From positions 89,714,001 to 89,778,000 of the forward strand of contig OX597816.1 in assembly GCA_951406725.2 (NCBI GenBank): a stretch of 64,000 bases of DNA. The letters run 5' to 3'. The notes beneath the pieces are model-generated. The model saw nothing but the letters and a program-made list of their open reading frames with translations. It was not told the DNA's origin and made no database searches. A program made the position numbers and the translations under genes. Below, piece after piece: positions 13,990 to 27,982 of the stretch. Source of the stretch: Octopus vulgaris (taxonomy: Eukaryota). Each line of letters begins with the position of its first letter. The stretch's first letter is position 1.

Positions 13990-15050
13990 TGGTTCAGTGA
14001 GAAATGGATGTTAAACATTTTTCGTCCCATGCTCCAGTGATTGACGAGGCGGCCAGTCTCTCCTGATATAGTGGGAACCTCTTATACGGCTGTCCCATTA
14101 ACACAAGAAGCTGCAGGAGAGTAGGGGAGATGGGAGAGTAGGGGAGATGGGAGAGGAGTTCATAGGTGCACGCCTGTGCTTCTGATCCGGCAACACGCGA
14201 GTTGTGGACCGGAGCGTTGTCCTGCAGGAGGAGGATGCCTTTGCTGATCTTGCCCCGCCTCTTGATTTTGATAGCTTCTCTTAATATCCTCAAAAGTGAA
14301 GCATAATAGGCTCCTGTAATTGTGGTACCCTTTGCCAGGAAATCTGTCATCACTACTGTGTCCTGGTCTCAGAAGACTGTGAGCATGACCTTGCCAACGG
14401 AGGGCAGCACCCTTGCCTTCTTTGGAGGAGGTGAGTCACGGTGCTTCCACTGCATTGACTGGGCTTTGGTCTCTGGATCATAGTGATGGACCCAGGTTTC
14501 CTCCTGTGTAAACAGTCTTTTGAAAAATGTTGACTCATCTTCTTGGCACATCTCCAAATTCATCCTCGAGAACTCGACGCATTTTTGCTTCTGGAAAGGT
14601 GTGAGCAGCCTAGGAATCCATCTGGCAGACACCTTTTGCATATGCAGATGGTCATGAATGATAGTTTCCACAGACCCGGTACTAATCTTGACCTCATGGG
14701 CTATTTGGCGAATAGTTATGCATCAATCTTCCAAAATGGCAGCCTCAACTTGACGGACAGATGCCTCATCAATGGCAGAAGGGGGCGACCAGATCTGGGA
14801 GCTGTTTCCACAGAGTTCCGACCATGTTTGAATTCACGATGCCAGCGTTTTACAAGGTCATATGACGGGGCATCATCACCATAAGTTACTTTCATTTCAT
14901 CAAAAGTCTCCCGTGGTGTGCGTCCTTTCAAATACAAAAACCGGATCACTGCTCGACACTCAACAGGCTCCATTTCACACTTGACTCAGTTCAAACACCT
15001 GTAAATCAGAAACTACAATTAGTTCAGAGCTGTAATTTGCCACTTAATCT
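13990..15050 (-). mobile_element. Mariner (DD34D) transposon, frameshifted and 3'-incomplete
   Basis: MEPVECRAVIRFL HTH, RSGRP, VSARWIPRLLT, EETWVHHYDPETK, LLQDNAPVH, HLPYSP. Confidence 0.92.
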
Positions 15051-15629
15051 ATAGAGATTTTGCCCTACATTATTATAGTTTCTTATGTGGTGGTTTAATA
15101 AAGTATGCAATTGAGTATTATCTGGTAATTGATATTTGATTTCGATGTATTTCTCCATTTTCTTATTTTGTATTATGAATTTGTGGTAAAACATTTTACC
15201 TTTGCCCATATAATACAGTAAATGAATTAATTGCATCGCAATTCTTAACATTTATGTATTAACTTTGTTGGGTACTTCACTAGCAGTATATTGGATGTAT
15301 GTTATCCCATGGAGGGTTGCATTTACAACCCCTATCTCAATTTGTATATATATATATACATATATATTAAATATATTCATGTATACACATAGACGCAGAT
15401 GCTATCAAATAGCTTTGTTTACACTTACACACCCACACATGCATATTCAGAGAAACACATACATATAAATACATTGGAATACACCTATATAGATAGATGC
15501 ATAGAAATAGCTATATGTACATATACTCGTACTTACAGATATACATGTATGTATATACGCGGATATATACTAATATGTACATTTGCAAACAAATATACAC
15601 ACACGTCCATGTAGGCAGGTACACGGACA

Positions 15630-15662
<33 letters not shown>

Positions 15663-15664
15663 AA

Positions 15665-16125
15665 CGTATGCACTTTATTTGTTCACCGGTATACTGCGAT
15701 TTAGCGCAATTGAGATGGTTCCCTCAAAGTGCCGGCTGTTAAAACATCTGAAAGTAATAGAGTTGGAGACAACTGACTCCAAATCCCTTTCAGGAATGAT
15801 GGACATCGATGTTTCGCCATTTTTGTAGCTTATCAACATTACGTACCTGAGCCGAAATGGGGGCGAACTGACTCTCCAGACTATGACTATATGCAAAATA
15901 GTGTAAAAACCATTTGCTGGTACGCCCCAACGTAGGAATAAATTCGAATATGAATTAAAACAGTGCTAGCGTTGTAAACATTCCTGAACACACATTTTGG
16001 GGATTTGGAGCGAGTTGTCTTGCCTGTCTATTACTTTCATGTGGTTTAACACTCGGCACTTTGAGAGAGTCATCTCCACCGCATCAAATAGGAGCCTACC
16101 GGTGAACAAGCAAATCACATACTTT
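15665..16125. repeat. Old imperfect inverted repeat (~130-bp arms), possible decayed MITE
   Basis: 15675-15790 aligns to the reverse complement of 15997-16112 (ttgttcaccggta...ctcaaagtgccg...gaaagtaataga...ctccaaatccc). Confidence 0.7.
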
Positions 16126-16289
16126 GTGTATGTATGTTCGATAATACTGGCCAACAACCAAAATGCTTCTGAGACCAGAGTAGCAAATTCCAACTAATTT
16201 TAGGTCGCTTTTTAGGTCGTATGTCAAATCTGAGCACAAACCGTCCAGAGGTATTCTACCCACTAATGCTCAACCTACAACAAAATTCG

Positions 16290-18880
16290 ATGTCGTCTAT
16301 TGCAAGCTGAGCCTATCCGAGTTTTGCCTGCCCGTGTTAGCTGTCTACAGGCCGCCTCTTGCCGACCCCCAGGACGATGCTCATTTACTCGAAGCGATAA
16401 GATTCGTTTCAGCTTCGCATGACTGTTTGGTACTAGGAGACTTCAACGCTCCCACGATCGATTGGCCCGCATCAATTTGTACAACATCTTCCCGGTTCGG
16501 CCAGGCCCTTCTTGACGTGGCTGAAGATTGTTTTCTATCGCAACATGTTGAATATCCGACAAGGCATCGGTCTGGGCAGCAGCCATCTATGCTCGATCTG
16601 GTATTCTCCCGCTATCCAAGATCAGTGTCAGACGTATCTGTGTGCGCCCCTCTTGCCAAGAGTGATCATGCGGTCCTGAAGTTCGTCATGCACATAACTT
16701 TTTCTACGCCCACGACTACTTCGCTGCCACGTAGAGTCTTCTCTGCAATTAATCTTGAAATTCTAACCGAGGCTTCCGCGCTTCTGGACTGGCGATTCCT
16801 GATGACGTTGTCCTCAGTTGACGAACTATGGTCATCCCTCAAAGCATATGTAATCTGGTTGACTGACCAGGCAGTTCCCGTTGGGCTTCCCAAGAAGAAG
16901 AAACACAAGCCCTGGGTGACGAAGAAGGTTAAACGAGAACGTCGACTCAGAGATATTGCTTGGGCTGAATTCAAAAATCTGGATTCGACTGCAGCTTTTG
17001 AGGTGTACAAAACTCAACGAGACCGAGCCGTGAAAATTGAAAAGGAAGAACGCTTCAGTTATGAATACAAAATCGCGGCAAATGCCAGTAGCAATCCAAA
17101 AACCTTCTTTGCCCATGTCCAACGGAATTCCCGCTTGAACAACCAGATTACAACGTTGGTAGACTCAACAGGCGTATCGATTGAGGACCCTTATCAACAG
17201 AGTCAATTATTTGCCGAGGCTTTTTCAACTATTTTCAAACAAGATGATGGTCGTGAACCCCCTCCATTTGATAGATCGGTACCTCCAATGCCTAGATTGG
17301 TCATCACGCGGGACGAAGTCAAACGTGTTATTCAAGGCCTCGATGTCAACAAGGGTCACGGCCCTGACGGCATACACCCACGGGTTATCAAAGCGTTGGC
17401 TCCGGTCATCTGCGAGCCCTTAACACGTCTATTCAATATGTCATTGGCGACGGGTGTTATACCTGCGGACTGGAGAACAGCGATAATCTGCCCAATTTTC
17501 AAGAAAGGGAGCCGCGAAGACCCGCTTAACTACCGACCGGTTTCCCTTACATTAATAATCAGCAAGATGTTCGAAACCATCCTTAAGAAAAGTATGATGC
17601 TCCACCTCCAAAACACAGCCTCTATCTCTGATTCCCAACACGGCTTCGTGCCGTAGAGATCATGCTTGACCAACTTACTGGTAATGGAAGAATTGGTGAC
17701 GCGCATCCTCGATGATAGTGATGCTGTTGACATCGTTTTATTGGACTTTGCCAAAGCTTTTGACTCGGTAAACCACCGCCTATTACTTGTCAAGCTTCAA
17801 GCATATAGTTTCCATCCGGATATTGTACGATGGGTTGGTGCCTTCCTCTCAGATCGCTCCTTCCAAGTCCAAGTTAATGGTTCGCGATCCGACGTCTCCA
17901 GTGCGAGCAGTGGCGTGCCTCAAGGTTCTGTGCTTGGGCCCTTGTTGTTCTTAGTCTTCATAAATGACTTGCCCGACGACCTTACGCAACACACCCTACT
18001 ATTTGCCGACGATATCAAACTGGTCGCTCCTCGCGGTGATATAGAGGATCTTCGTCGATGCCTCCACCAAATTTGGAAGTGGTCTAACAAATGGGACCTG
18101 TGTCTGAACGTGTCAAAGTGCTGTCATCTGCCTGTTGGCTCTCCTCCTGCAACTCAACTTGATTTCGAGCCGGGTCGTCTGCTGCTGGAGAGGACCGATC
18201 AGGTAAAGGACCTGGGTATCTTGGTGGATTCCTCCTTTTCGCCTTCGGCCCAGTGCGTCCAAGCTGCCAACAAAGCACGCGGAATTCTGTTCTTGATTCG
18301 ACGGTCATTCGGAATGCTCACAGCAGCCATATTCCTACCACTCTATGTCACGCTGGTGAGGCCCATATTGGAGTACGGGATTCAAGCCTCTTCTCCTTAT
18401 CTCCTCAAAGACATACAGCATCTCGAATGAGTCCAGAAGCTGGCTACCCGCATGGTTCATGGTCTCAAAAATTTGTCCTATGAAGAAAGGCTGAGGACGC
18501 TCGACCTTTATTCTCTTGAAAAACGCCGCCGCCGTGGTGATCTTATTCTCGCCCACAACATCATAAGCGGAAAGTGTAGCCTCTCGAAAGAGCTGTTCAC
18601 TCCTGCTCCAGAGCGTCGGCTGCGGGGTCATTCCGAAAAGCTCTACCTGCGACGATTTCATCTCAGTCGAAGGAGAGGAGCTTTCTCCGTCCGGGTTGCG
18701 GATCCGTGGAACAAGCTGCCAGACGAGATGGTGAAGATGCCGACGACCGCTTTGTTCAAAGCTTCCCTTGACCTCAAGTGGCCTGAACTCTTTACATGAA
18801 CACCACCCTGTACTTAACTCCATGTCCCTCTTCATGGCCTTGCTATTTGCTTTTGAGCCAAATTAACTAACTAACTAACT
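16290..18880 (+). mobile_element. CR1-group LINE (APE endonuclease + RT), 5'-truncated, two nonsense codons
   Basis: VYRPP, GDFNAP.IDW, LDLVF, SDH; NYRPVSL, QHGF, LDFAKAFDSV, GVPQGSVLGP, FADD. ORFs 16334, 17666 and 18452 share one frame; (CTAA)n tail at ~18864-18880. Confidence 0.93.
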
Positions 18881-19285
18881 AGCTTCTAATGAATATCATG
18901 GTTAAAACTGTTTGTTAGCTCTACTTTTCAAGGTCGACGTATGTGTCATAAAAGGTTCCAACAGACTTGCGACAGTATGTTTCTTACTACACTTACAGTC
19001 CCACTGCCCTTCAGTATTGTTCCAACAGGCATAGGAGATGGTCGCGCTGTGCAGCTTTATATATTGAAGTCAAAGGTAGGTGACTTTCCTCGTCAAACAC
19101 TTTTTAAACTTATAATAAATATTCATTGAGCGAGCTATTGATACGAGGGGTGTTCAATAAATAATGCTCCTGGCCTACTTGCAGTTGTTTGATCTAGCTG
19201 AAATTTTGCATGTATATGTATATGTTTTATTATGGTTATGTACCCACACCTATATAAGTATGTATGTAATCTGATTTGTATCACA

Positions 19286-19416
19286 TAATCTCCGAAGAGG
19301 CCTTAGGATATTTTTGTAAATGTCTCATTTATAACTACATATTGACCTACCTTAAATGGCTAATATAAGTAAAATGAGACATACTTATCTACATGGCCGA
19401 AACAGCTGTAAGATGT
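19286..19416 (+). ncRNA. Type I hammerhead ribozyme with long stem II (U4C core variant)
   Basis: atct-CCGAAGA-ggcc...[atgtctcattt/aaatgagacat]...ggcc-GAAA-cagctgTA-agat; palindromic stem III acagctgt. Confidence 0.7.
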
Positions 19417-19519
19417 AGTCTATATTTATATTTATGTGTGCTTATACTTATTTTCTCTTATACATATTCTACTTGTTGTATAACATTACTCTTTTATGTA
19501 CACTCCTTTATGTACACTG

Positions 19520-19642
19520 TTTTGCCCTACATTATTATGTTTAACCTTATAGTTTCTTATGTGGTGGTTTAATAAAGTATGTGATTGAGTATTATCTGGT
19601 AATTGATATTTGATTTCGATGTATTTCTCCATTTTCTTATTT

Positions 19643-19645
<3 letters not shown>
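19520..19645 (+). repeat. Direct repeat of ~15058-15172 (tail of the hammerhead-bearing element)
   Basis: Shared tgccctacattattat...gtatttctccattttcttattttgtat. Confidence 0.85.
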
Positions 19646-19689
<44 letters not shown>

Positions 19690-20684
19690 AAGTTTTTGTG
19701 AATGCGTAACAGTATACTCATCTGTGTATATATATCTACGTATGTGTAAGTTTGTACATCTGTATATATGTCTCAGTTTTTGCATGTGTGTATGTGTGCG
19801 TGTGATTCTGTGTGTGTGTCTGTCTGTCTGTCTGTGTGAGTAACTGCACATATCGTTTATTTGTAGGTATCTGTGTATATAGTGTGAGTGTAGGTACGCA
19901 TCTATGTATGTATGTATGTATGTGTATATCTATAGAGGTTTTGGTGCATGTATACAAGAATATCCGAGTGTGTGTGTGCGTCTGTGTATTTATATGTATG
20001 AAGACATATATCTGTCAACATCATCTCTATCTACACACACAGACACACCCTCTTATCTGCATTACATCTCCCTCCTCTCCAATCTCCTTTTGTTCTGGTA
20101 TTTATGAATGGTCAATCTGGCTAAGATCCTAAGTTGAAAAATAGTTTACTGACCTTCATAAATACTTTTCTGGTACTCTTTTTCTCTGTTTGTTCATTAT
20201 TTTCTTTCATTTCTTTTTCTCTTTCTCTCATTATCTTAAATTCAGTCGTTTTCAATCTATCTCTGTTCCCAGTACATATTTTTACTTGTCTTTTTTACTT
20301 ATCATAGGCGTTCTTCATATACCTATCCTTAGACATATATAGAGATAAAATTTAATCTTTTTCCAATTCTGCGATGAGCTTTTCCCCTTCAATCTCCTGA
20401 ATTCCTTTCCTATATATGTTTATACTTTTTCTGTGTATATATGAATATAAATGTTTCCAAAATAAAACCGCACTTCATAGTTTGAAGATCTGATGAAGTT
20501 ATAAGAAGATACACAAATATTCGACTAGGAATGCATTGCATCTTAAGGCAGAAACATATGTAAGCTAATGAAGTTCATAACATAAGCTCTTATTCCTGCT
20601 CTGTACTCGACTAATACTTTGTTCTGAAGCCTATGTATATTGAGTTCTAACATCAGGCTATTTGTATCGCTATACCTAAGCAAA

Positions 20685-20725
<41 letters not shown>

Positions 20726-20739
20726 GTTCACCACGGGCC

Positions 20740-21020
20740 AAATAAAGCCGTGTGAGTGGTAGGCGGAAACTGAAAGACGCCCGCCGTATATATGAGTGTG
20801 TGTGTGTGTAATATATGTTTGTATGTCTGTGTTTGCCACCCCACCATCGCTTGCCAACCGATGTTGGTGAGTTTATGTCCCCGTATCCTGGCGGTTCGGT
20901 CAAAGGGACCTATAAAATAAGTACTAGGCTTACAAAGAATAAGTCCTGGAGCCGATTTGTTCGACTAAAGGCGGTGCTCCAGCATGGCCGCAGTTAAATT
21001 ACTGAAACAAATAAAAGAAT
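20740..21020 (+). mobile_element. Family B SINE, partial
   Basis: ggaaactgaaaga.gccc...(TG)n...ggcggtgctccagcatggccgcag 3' end. Confidence 0.75.
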
Positions 21021-21106
21021 ATATATATATATATATATAACAATGAAAATCGTTGCAGTACATGTCACTTCATACGTACAGGTCAGTATATAAACAGAAA
21101 AAAATG

Positions 21107-21305
21107 GAAGAAGAACAAGAACAAGAAGAACAAGAACAAGAAGAACAAGAACAAGAAGAACAAGAACAAGAAGAACAAGAACAAGAAGAACAAGAACAAG
21201 AAGAACAAGAAGAAGAAGAACAAGAAGAACAAGAACAAGAAGAACAAGAAAAAGAAGAAGAAGAAGAAGAAGAAGAAGAAGAAGAAGAAGAAGAAGAAGA
21301 AGAAG

Positions 21306-21340
<35 letters not shown>
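21107..21340. repeat. (GAAGAACAAGAACAA)n grading into (GAA)n and (CAA)n
   Basis: Read directly; the poly-E/Q ORF is an artefact. Confidence 0.95.
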
Positions 21341-21343
<3 letters not shown>

Positions 21344-21504
21344 CCACCAGGTCCTGTTAAGTAATTTAGAAAAATACTGTAATGAAATCTTGGTATTTCT
21401 ATTTCATAAATTTTTAGACCCAATAATTTTAGAAGAGTAAAGCAAAGGAATTTAATTGGGAAGTTCATAGCAGTTCTGAATGGAGAGTTATACGAACAAT
21501 AATA

Positions 21505-21890
21505 ATGGTTTCAAAATTTGACACAAAGCCAGTAATAACGGGGTAAGGGATATATATCGATTACATCGATATCTATTGCTCAACTGGTACTTCTTTTATC
21601 AACCCCGAATGGATGAATGGAAAAGTCGACCTCGGCGGAATTTGTACTCACACCATAAAGACGGACGAAATGTCACTAAGCATGTTATCCGGTGTACCAA
21701 TGATTCTGCTAATTCGATGCCTTATCCGTTTGAAACTTTGGAACAGTGCTAGAGAGTTCAGGGGAAGACATAAGTTGATTACATCGACCCCAGCTTTCAA
21801 CTGGTACTTATTTTATCGACCCCAAAGAAATGAAAGGTACAGTCGTCCTTGGCGGAATTTGAACTCGGGAAGAAAAGACGGACGAAATAT
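21505..21890 (-). mobile_element. Two family A SINE copies
   Basis: aaagtcgacctcggcggaatttg core. Confidence 0.75.
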
Positions 21891-21894
21891 CAGG

Positions 21895-22620
21895 AGCACA
21901 CTGATAACCAGGAAATTGTCGTAGGCTCCCATCGCTACGTCAAAGGATCCCGGGTGTCAGATTGCTTGACCCATGCCGAACCTTTGTTGAACAGCACTGT
22001 CCTCCTGGCATGCATAATAATTGCTACAGCTCTGTCGCTAATGCTAGTGAAGACCCTAGCGAAAGAAAGCGCCTTGGTCAGTAGTTCTTTTGGTATACAC
22101 GAGTAAAAATTGACTATATCAAATTGGGAGAACTTTGCTCTGTTTCTACCCTTGCTGTGAACCATGCGGTCACTTCGTTGGTGCTGCGCCACAGTGAGAG
22201 GTTGGTGGCCTTCCTTATACTGTTATTGATATCTCTCAATATATGTTTGCTCGCCAGACCGATCTTAGATTTGACCGGATTGATCAGGCAGCATTTAGGG
22301 TTTCAGGCAAAGTTCGGTTTATGGTGATTTTGGTGATGAAAACGTTTCTTTTAGCTAGGATCTCTACCCTAGTTGCTATCTCTGGTTCGTTAGCGAATTT
22401 TTGAACTTCATTTTTGATGTCGCTATATGTGTGTGGGGATGCGCGCCTATACTTTTGTGTAATGTTGTTCTCTGGTAGTCTATTGTATTCCAGGGTGCCT
22501 AACCTGTATAAATTCTTCGTCTTATCGGAGAAGATAAGGGACCTATCAGAGTTTTTTAATAATCTAATATCGACACGGAGCTTACACTGGAAAGAGGTCC
22601 GTCCTTGCTTCCATCCATGT
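21895..22620 (-). mobile_element. Penelope-like RT fragment (related to the 3870-6250 element)
   Basis: CLINPVKSKIG, KFSQFDIVNFYSCI, IIMHARRTVLF, MGAYD. Confidence 0.8.
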
Positions 22621-23344
22621 TAGGATTTCTCCTATTTGCTTTCTTGGCACAAAATATAACTGTCACTTATATGAAATCAAGCCTTGTCTTTCAGTCTGTC
22701 TTTTTTAGGGTGGGGAATGTATTGCGTAATGTATGATAATCTTAAATTCAAATAGATAAATTTCAGAAAATGAGAATTACTGGAACAATGTCAACACTCT
22801 AATGAATATTTTCAAAAAAGTTGTTTTTTTTTTTAAATCCGACATAAGTATAATGCATATTGTTTTACGCTCAGTGTATGATGTATGGTCTTACTTCATG
22901 TCATATTTGGTTGTTATTTCGTGATATAAACTTTATTGCTTTAAGGGTGTAGGTGTCTGTTGAATTCTTAACCACTTACACATTCAACGACGTAACATTG
23001 TGTTACGTGTAAGTGTGTGAACGCATGTTGAATAGATTAGCGTGGGAATACTTTATGTATTTTTGTTTTTACTTTGTGTTAGCATGTCATTATATCTGTA
23101 AGTATTGAATTTGCACATTTATCGAATAAATCAATAATGCAGGCGTGGCCAAGTGATCTAAAGGTTTAGCTTCGCGATCTTGAGGTCCCACGCTCTTATC
23201 TTCAACGTAACATTTTGGGTGTCTTATATTTATGTGCGTGCATGCGCGTGTGAGTGTGCGCGTGCGCTCATCTGTAGACATTCCAATATTCACATGCTAT
23301 TATTTATAACTTCACATGCACTACGAGATCCAATTTCCAAAAGG

Positions 23345-24078
23345 AATTATGTATGTATGTATGTATGCAAGTATGTCAGTCTATTTCAAGATTTCTTGCC
23401 TATAGAGAAAGAACCGGTTTCTAACCTTGATCCAAGGCTCCTACATTGTAATTTCAATATCAACAACAGGGTATTTTGGAGGGGATGGATGGATGGATGT
23501 GCAGATTTGTATGTTTTATGCATGTATTCTCAAGCATATAGTTGCATATCGAGACATACTCATATATATTTAAATGATAAACTTCTGGAAAGTTTTACAC
23601 ATTTTTACAGTTCCAGTGATGGAATGGATCTGTAGTCTTCGAATCGATGTTCTGCTTCCTGGTTTTGAGAAGCCCAATTTCTCAAGGAAGGAGAAAATCG
23701 ATTCGAAGACTACAGATCCATTACATCACTGGAACTGTAAAATCTTTAAAACTTTCCAGAAGTTTATCATTTAAATATATGTGTCTCGATATGCAACTAT
23801 ATGCATGAGAATACATACATAAAACATACAAATCTGCACATCCATCCATTCATACATACATACATACATACATACATACATACATACATACATACATACA
23901 TACATACATACATACATACATACATACAAAAAATACCCTGTTGTTCATATTGAAATTACAATGTAGGAGCCTAGGGTCTAGATTAGAAACAGGTTTTTTC
24001 TCTATAGGCAAGAAATCTTGAAATAAACTGAATAATGACATACATGACATACATAATGACATACATGCATACATAATT
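23345..24078. repeat. ~730-bp fold-back (arms ~23345-23648 and 23698-24078)
   Basis: Near-identical inverted arms around a ~50-nt partly paired centre. Confidence 0.92.
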
Positions 24079-24264
24079 GTTCCAGTAATTCACATTCAAT
24101 TTGAATACTTGAATTGTATGTTGATCCTTCTACTTGTTTTTCATCTGTGTTGTAAATAATTTGGTCATACAGATCATATACAGAGTACCTCAGCTATTTG
24201 AGGACAAAAAATTTAATTTAAAAAAACCAAAAATATATATTAGAATATAATTCTTTTATTGATT

Positions 24265-24516
24265 TTATTCTTTTACTTGTTTCATTCATTAGATTGCGGT
24301 CATGGTGGGGTTTTTTTTAGTCGAACAAATCGAACACTAGGACTTATTTTTTTTAAGCCGAGTACTTATTCTATCGGAACTTTTGCTGATCCGCTAGGTT
24401 ACAGAGACTTACATACAATACCGGTTGTCAAGCGGGGATGGTGTTGGCGGTACAAACGCAGACACAAAGACAAAAACAAATAGATACATGCATACACACA
24501 CACAGACACACACACA

Positions 24517-24558
<42 letters not shown>
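24265..24558 (-). mobile_element. Family B SINE, 3' half (5' half at 28418-28585)
   Basis: Matches the left half of the intact copy at 57440-57890 up to its internal (TA)n. Confidence 0.75.
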
Positions 24559-24562
<4 letters not shown>

Positions 24563-24645
24563 GGTCCCGGGTTGATTCGGGGTTAACCACAGTAAATAAG
24601 GTACTCAATACATAGCAGAGTAAAATTAATTTATTATATAGAAGG

Positions 24646-24696
24646 AGCTTCTACAGGACTAGAACTGTTTCATTCAAGAGAAATCTTCAGGAAGCT
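24646..24696 (-). ncRNA. Type I hammerhead ribozyme (mirror of 28292-28342)
   Basis: Reverse complement reads AGCUUC-CUGAAGA-UUUCUCUUGAAU-GAAA-CAGuucuagucCUGUA-GAAGCU. Confidence 0.85.
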
Positions 24697-24859
24697 AGTT
24701 AACAAGAATTGTATTGGCATTTATACATTTAGGCAGGTTTAAAGGGGTGTTGGTGGGGGACTTTTTGGGGGTAGGCATAGCGCAAAATATCATACTTGGG
24801 GGAGTGGTCAAGGAGTCAGTGTTAAATTAGATAGAAGGATAAATAAAAAATAAAAAATA

Positions 24860-24893
<34 letters not shown>

Positions 24894-25354
24894 AAAAAGG
24901 GGGATAGAGTTTTAGGTAAATAAGGAGATTCTCACTTATACCTATGCACATATGTATACATATATACACACGCATACAAACATATACATATACATACACA
25001 CATACATACACACACATATATATATATATATATACATATATATACACTTACACATACATATACATATCTACACATACACATATATGTATACATACACACA
25101 CTCACATGCATACACGTATACACACATGTATATATACACACACACGACAACACATACATATACACACAGAAAAATATATATACACATACACACACATACT
25201 CACATACACGCATACACACACAAATCCACACACACACATGCACACCCAGCACACTAGTCCCTATATACACATATATACACATACACACACACATATATAT
25301 ACATACATACACATACACACACATACATATACATACACACACATACATATACAT

Positions 25355-25395
<41 letters not shown>

Positions 25396-25424
25396 AACAT
25401 GTGTACCCATGCATATCTACACAT

Positions 25425-25463
<39 letters not shown>

Positions 25464-26081
25464 CAAATACAGACCCATTCCCTAATTTTAATTTTATTAT
25501 CTTCGTTTATTACTTTTGTTATCTTTTGCCGCTTGGTCACAAACATCTTGGCTATGACAGCCAGTCCATTTATCTGTCTACTGGAAAACAAGCACTCATT
25601 CACTCACGCACACTCTTTAGCACGTACACTCACTCATTCGTACACTCATACACATACACGCACGCACGCGTTATATTCATACATACATACATCTACATAC
25701 ATTCACGTATATACACATACGTACGCGTACCTACAGATTCATGTCTACACTCTTAGGAGGCTAGTCTATACATATACACCAATAAATATAAATACACACA
25801 CATACACGTACACCTACATACAAATACATACATGTATATATATATATACCTATTCACACATATATACACATATATACATACACACACACATACATACACA
25901 TATACACACATATATATACACACATATACACATATATACACACATACACATACATACATGTACACACATACACATACATACGTATACATACATACATCCA
26001 TACATCCATACATACATACATTTATACACATACACACACCCACATACATACATATATATACGCGCATATATATATCCATAT

Positions 26082-26114
<33 letters not shown>

Positions 26115-27496
26115 CATATATACATATATATTCATACACACACATACACATACATACATACATATACAAATATACGCACACACATACATACATACTCATA
26201 TACTCATACACACACATACACATGTACATGCGTCCCCTTACACGCACACACACACGCGCGCGTCCATATATACACATAAGTACACCCATGCGTAAGAGTA
26301 TACATATATCTATGCTTACACATACACACACACACACGCGCCTCCTTATATTCATACTTACATGCATACTCAAAAAATAAGTAAATAGTAAAATATAATA
26401 TAATATATATAATAATATAATAATATAATAATATAATATAATAATATATACCTATATAATAATATACCTATATAATAGGTAACTGCACGTACATATACTT
26501 AATATTTTTTATTTATTATTTATTTTTTGAGTATGCATGTATGAATAACTGCGCGTATATACATTTTACTATTTACTTATTTTTGAGTATGCATGTAAGT
26601 ATGAATATAAGGAGGCGCGTGTGTGTGTGTGTATGTGTAAGCATAGATATATGTATACTCTTACGCATGGGTGTACTTATGTGTATATATGGACGCGCGC
26701 GTGTGTGTGTGCGTGTAAGGGGACGCATGTACATGTGTATGTGTGTGTATGAGTATATGAGTATGTATGTATGTGTGTGCGTATATTTGTATATGTATGT
26801 ATGTATGTGTATGTGTGTGTATGAATATATATGTATATATGTATATATGTATATATATATATATATATATATGGATATATATATGCGCGTATATATATGT
26901 ATGTATGTGGGTGTGTGTATGTGTATAAATGTATGTATGTATGGATGTATGGATGTATGTATGTATGTATACGTATGTATGTGTATGTGTGTACATGTAT
27001 GTATGTGTATGTGTGTATATATGTGTATATGTGTGTATATATATGTGTGTATATGTGTATGTATGTGTGTGTGTATGTATATATGTGTATATATGTGTGA
27101 ATAGGTATATATATATATACATGTATGTATTTGTATGTAGGTGTACGTGTATGTGTGTGTATTTATATTTATTGGTGTATATGTATAGACTAGCCTTCTA
27201 AGAGTGTAGACATGAATCTGTAGGTACGCGTACGTATGTGTATATACGTGAATGTATGTAGATGTATGTATGTATGAATATAACGCGTGCGTGCGTGTAT
27301 GTGTATGAGTGTACGAATGAGTGAGTGTACGTGCTAAAGAGTGTGCGTGAGTGAATGAGTGCTTGTTTTCCAATAGACAGATAAATGGACTGGCTGTCAT
27401 AGCCAAGATGTTTGTGACCAAGCGGCAAAAGATAACAAAAGTAATAAACGAAGATAATAAAATTAAAATTAGGGAATGGGTCTGTATTTGTATGTG

Positions 27497-27527
<31 letters not shown>

Positions 27528-27556
27528 ATGTGTAGATATGCATGGGTACACATGTT

Positions 27557-27629
<73 letters not shown>

Positions 27630-27951
27630 ATGTATATGTATATGTGTGTGTATGTATATGTATATGTGTATATGTATATGTATGTATATGTATGTGTGTG
27701 TGTATGTGTATATATGTGTATATAGGGACTAGTGTGCTGGGTGTGCATGTGTGTGTGTGGATTTGTGTGTGTATGCGTGTATGTGAGTATGTGTGTGTAT
27801 GTGTATATATATTTTTCTGTGTGTATATGTATGTGTTGTCGTGTGTGTGTATATATACATGTGTGTATACGTGTATGCATGTGAGTGTGTGTATGTATAC
27901 ATATATGTGTATGTGTAGATATGTATATGTATGTGTAAGTGTATATATATG

Positions 27952-27982
<31 letters not shown>

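Noticed and set aside
18428-18430. In-frame TGA as selenocysteine or programmed readthrough
   Set aside because: The position is normally Arg (LERVQ), so CGA to TGA decay is simpler; there is a second TAG stop and no SECIS was recognised.
20471-20575. Possible further hammerhead (CUGAUGA at 20490, GAAACAUAUGUA at 20551)
   Set aside because: Stem III palindrome is present, but stems I and II cannot both be closed in one register; at best a decayed copy.
21053-21364. Glu/Gln-rich protein
   Set aside because: Pure GAA/CAA compound microsatellite.
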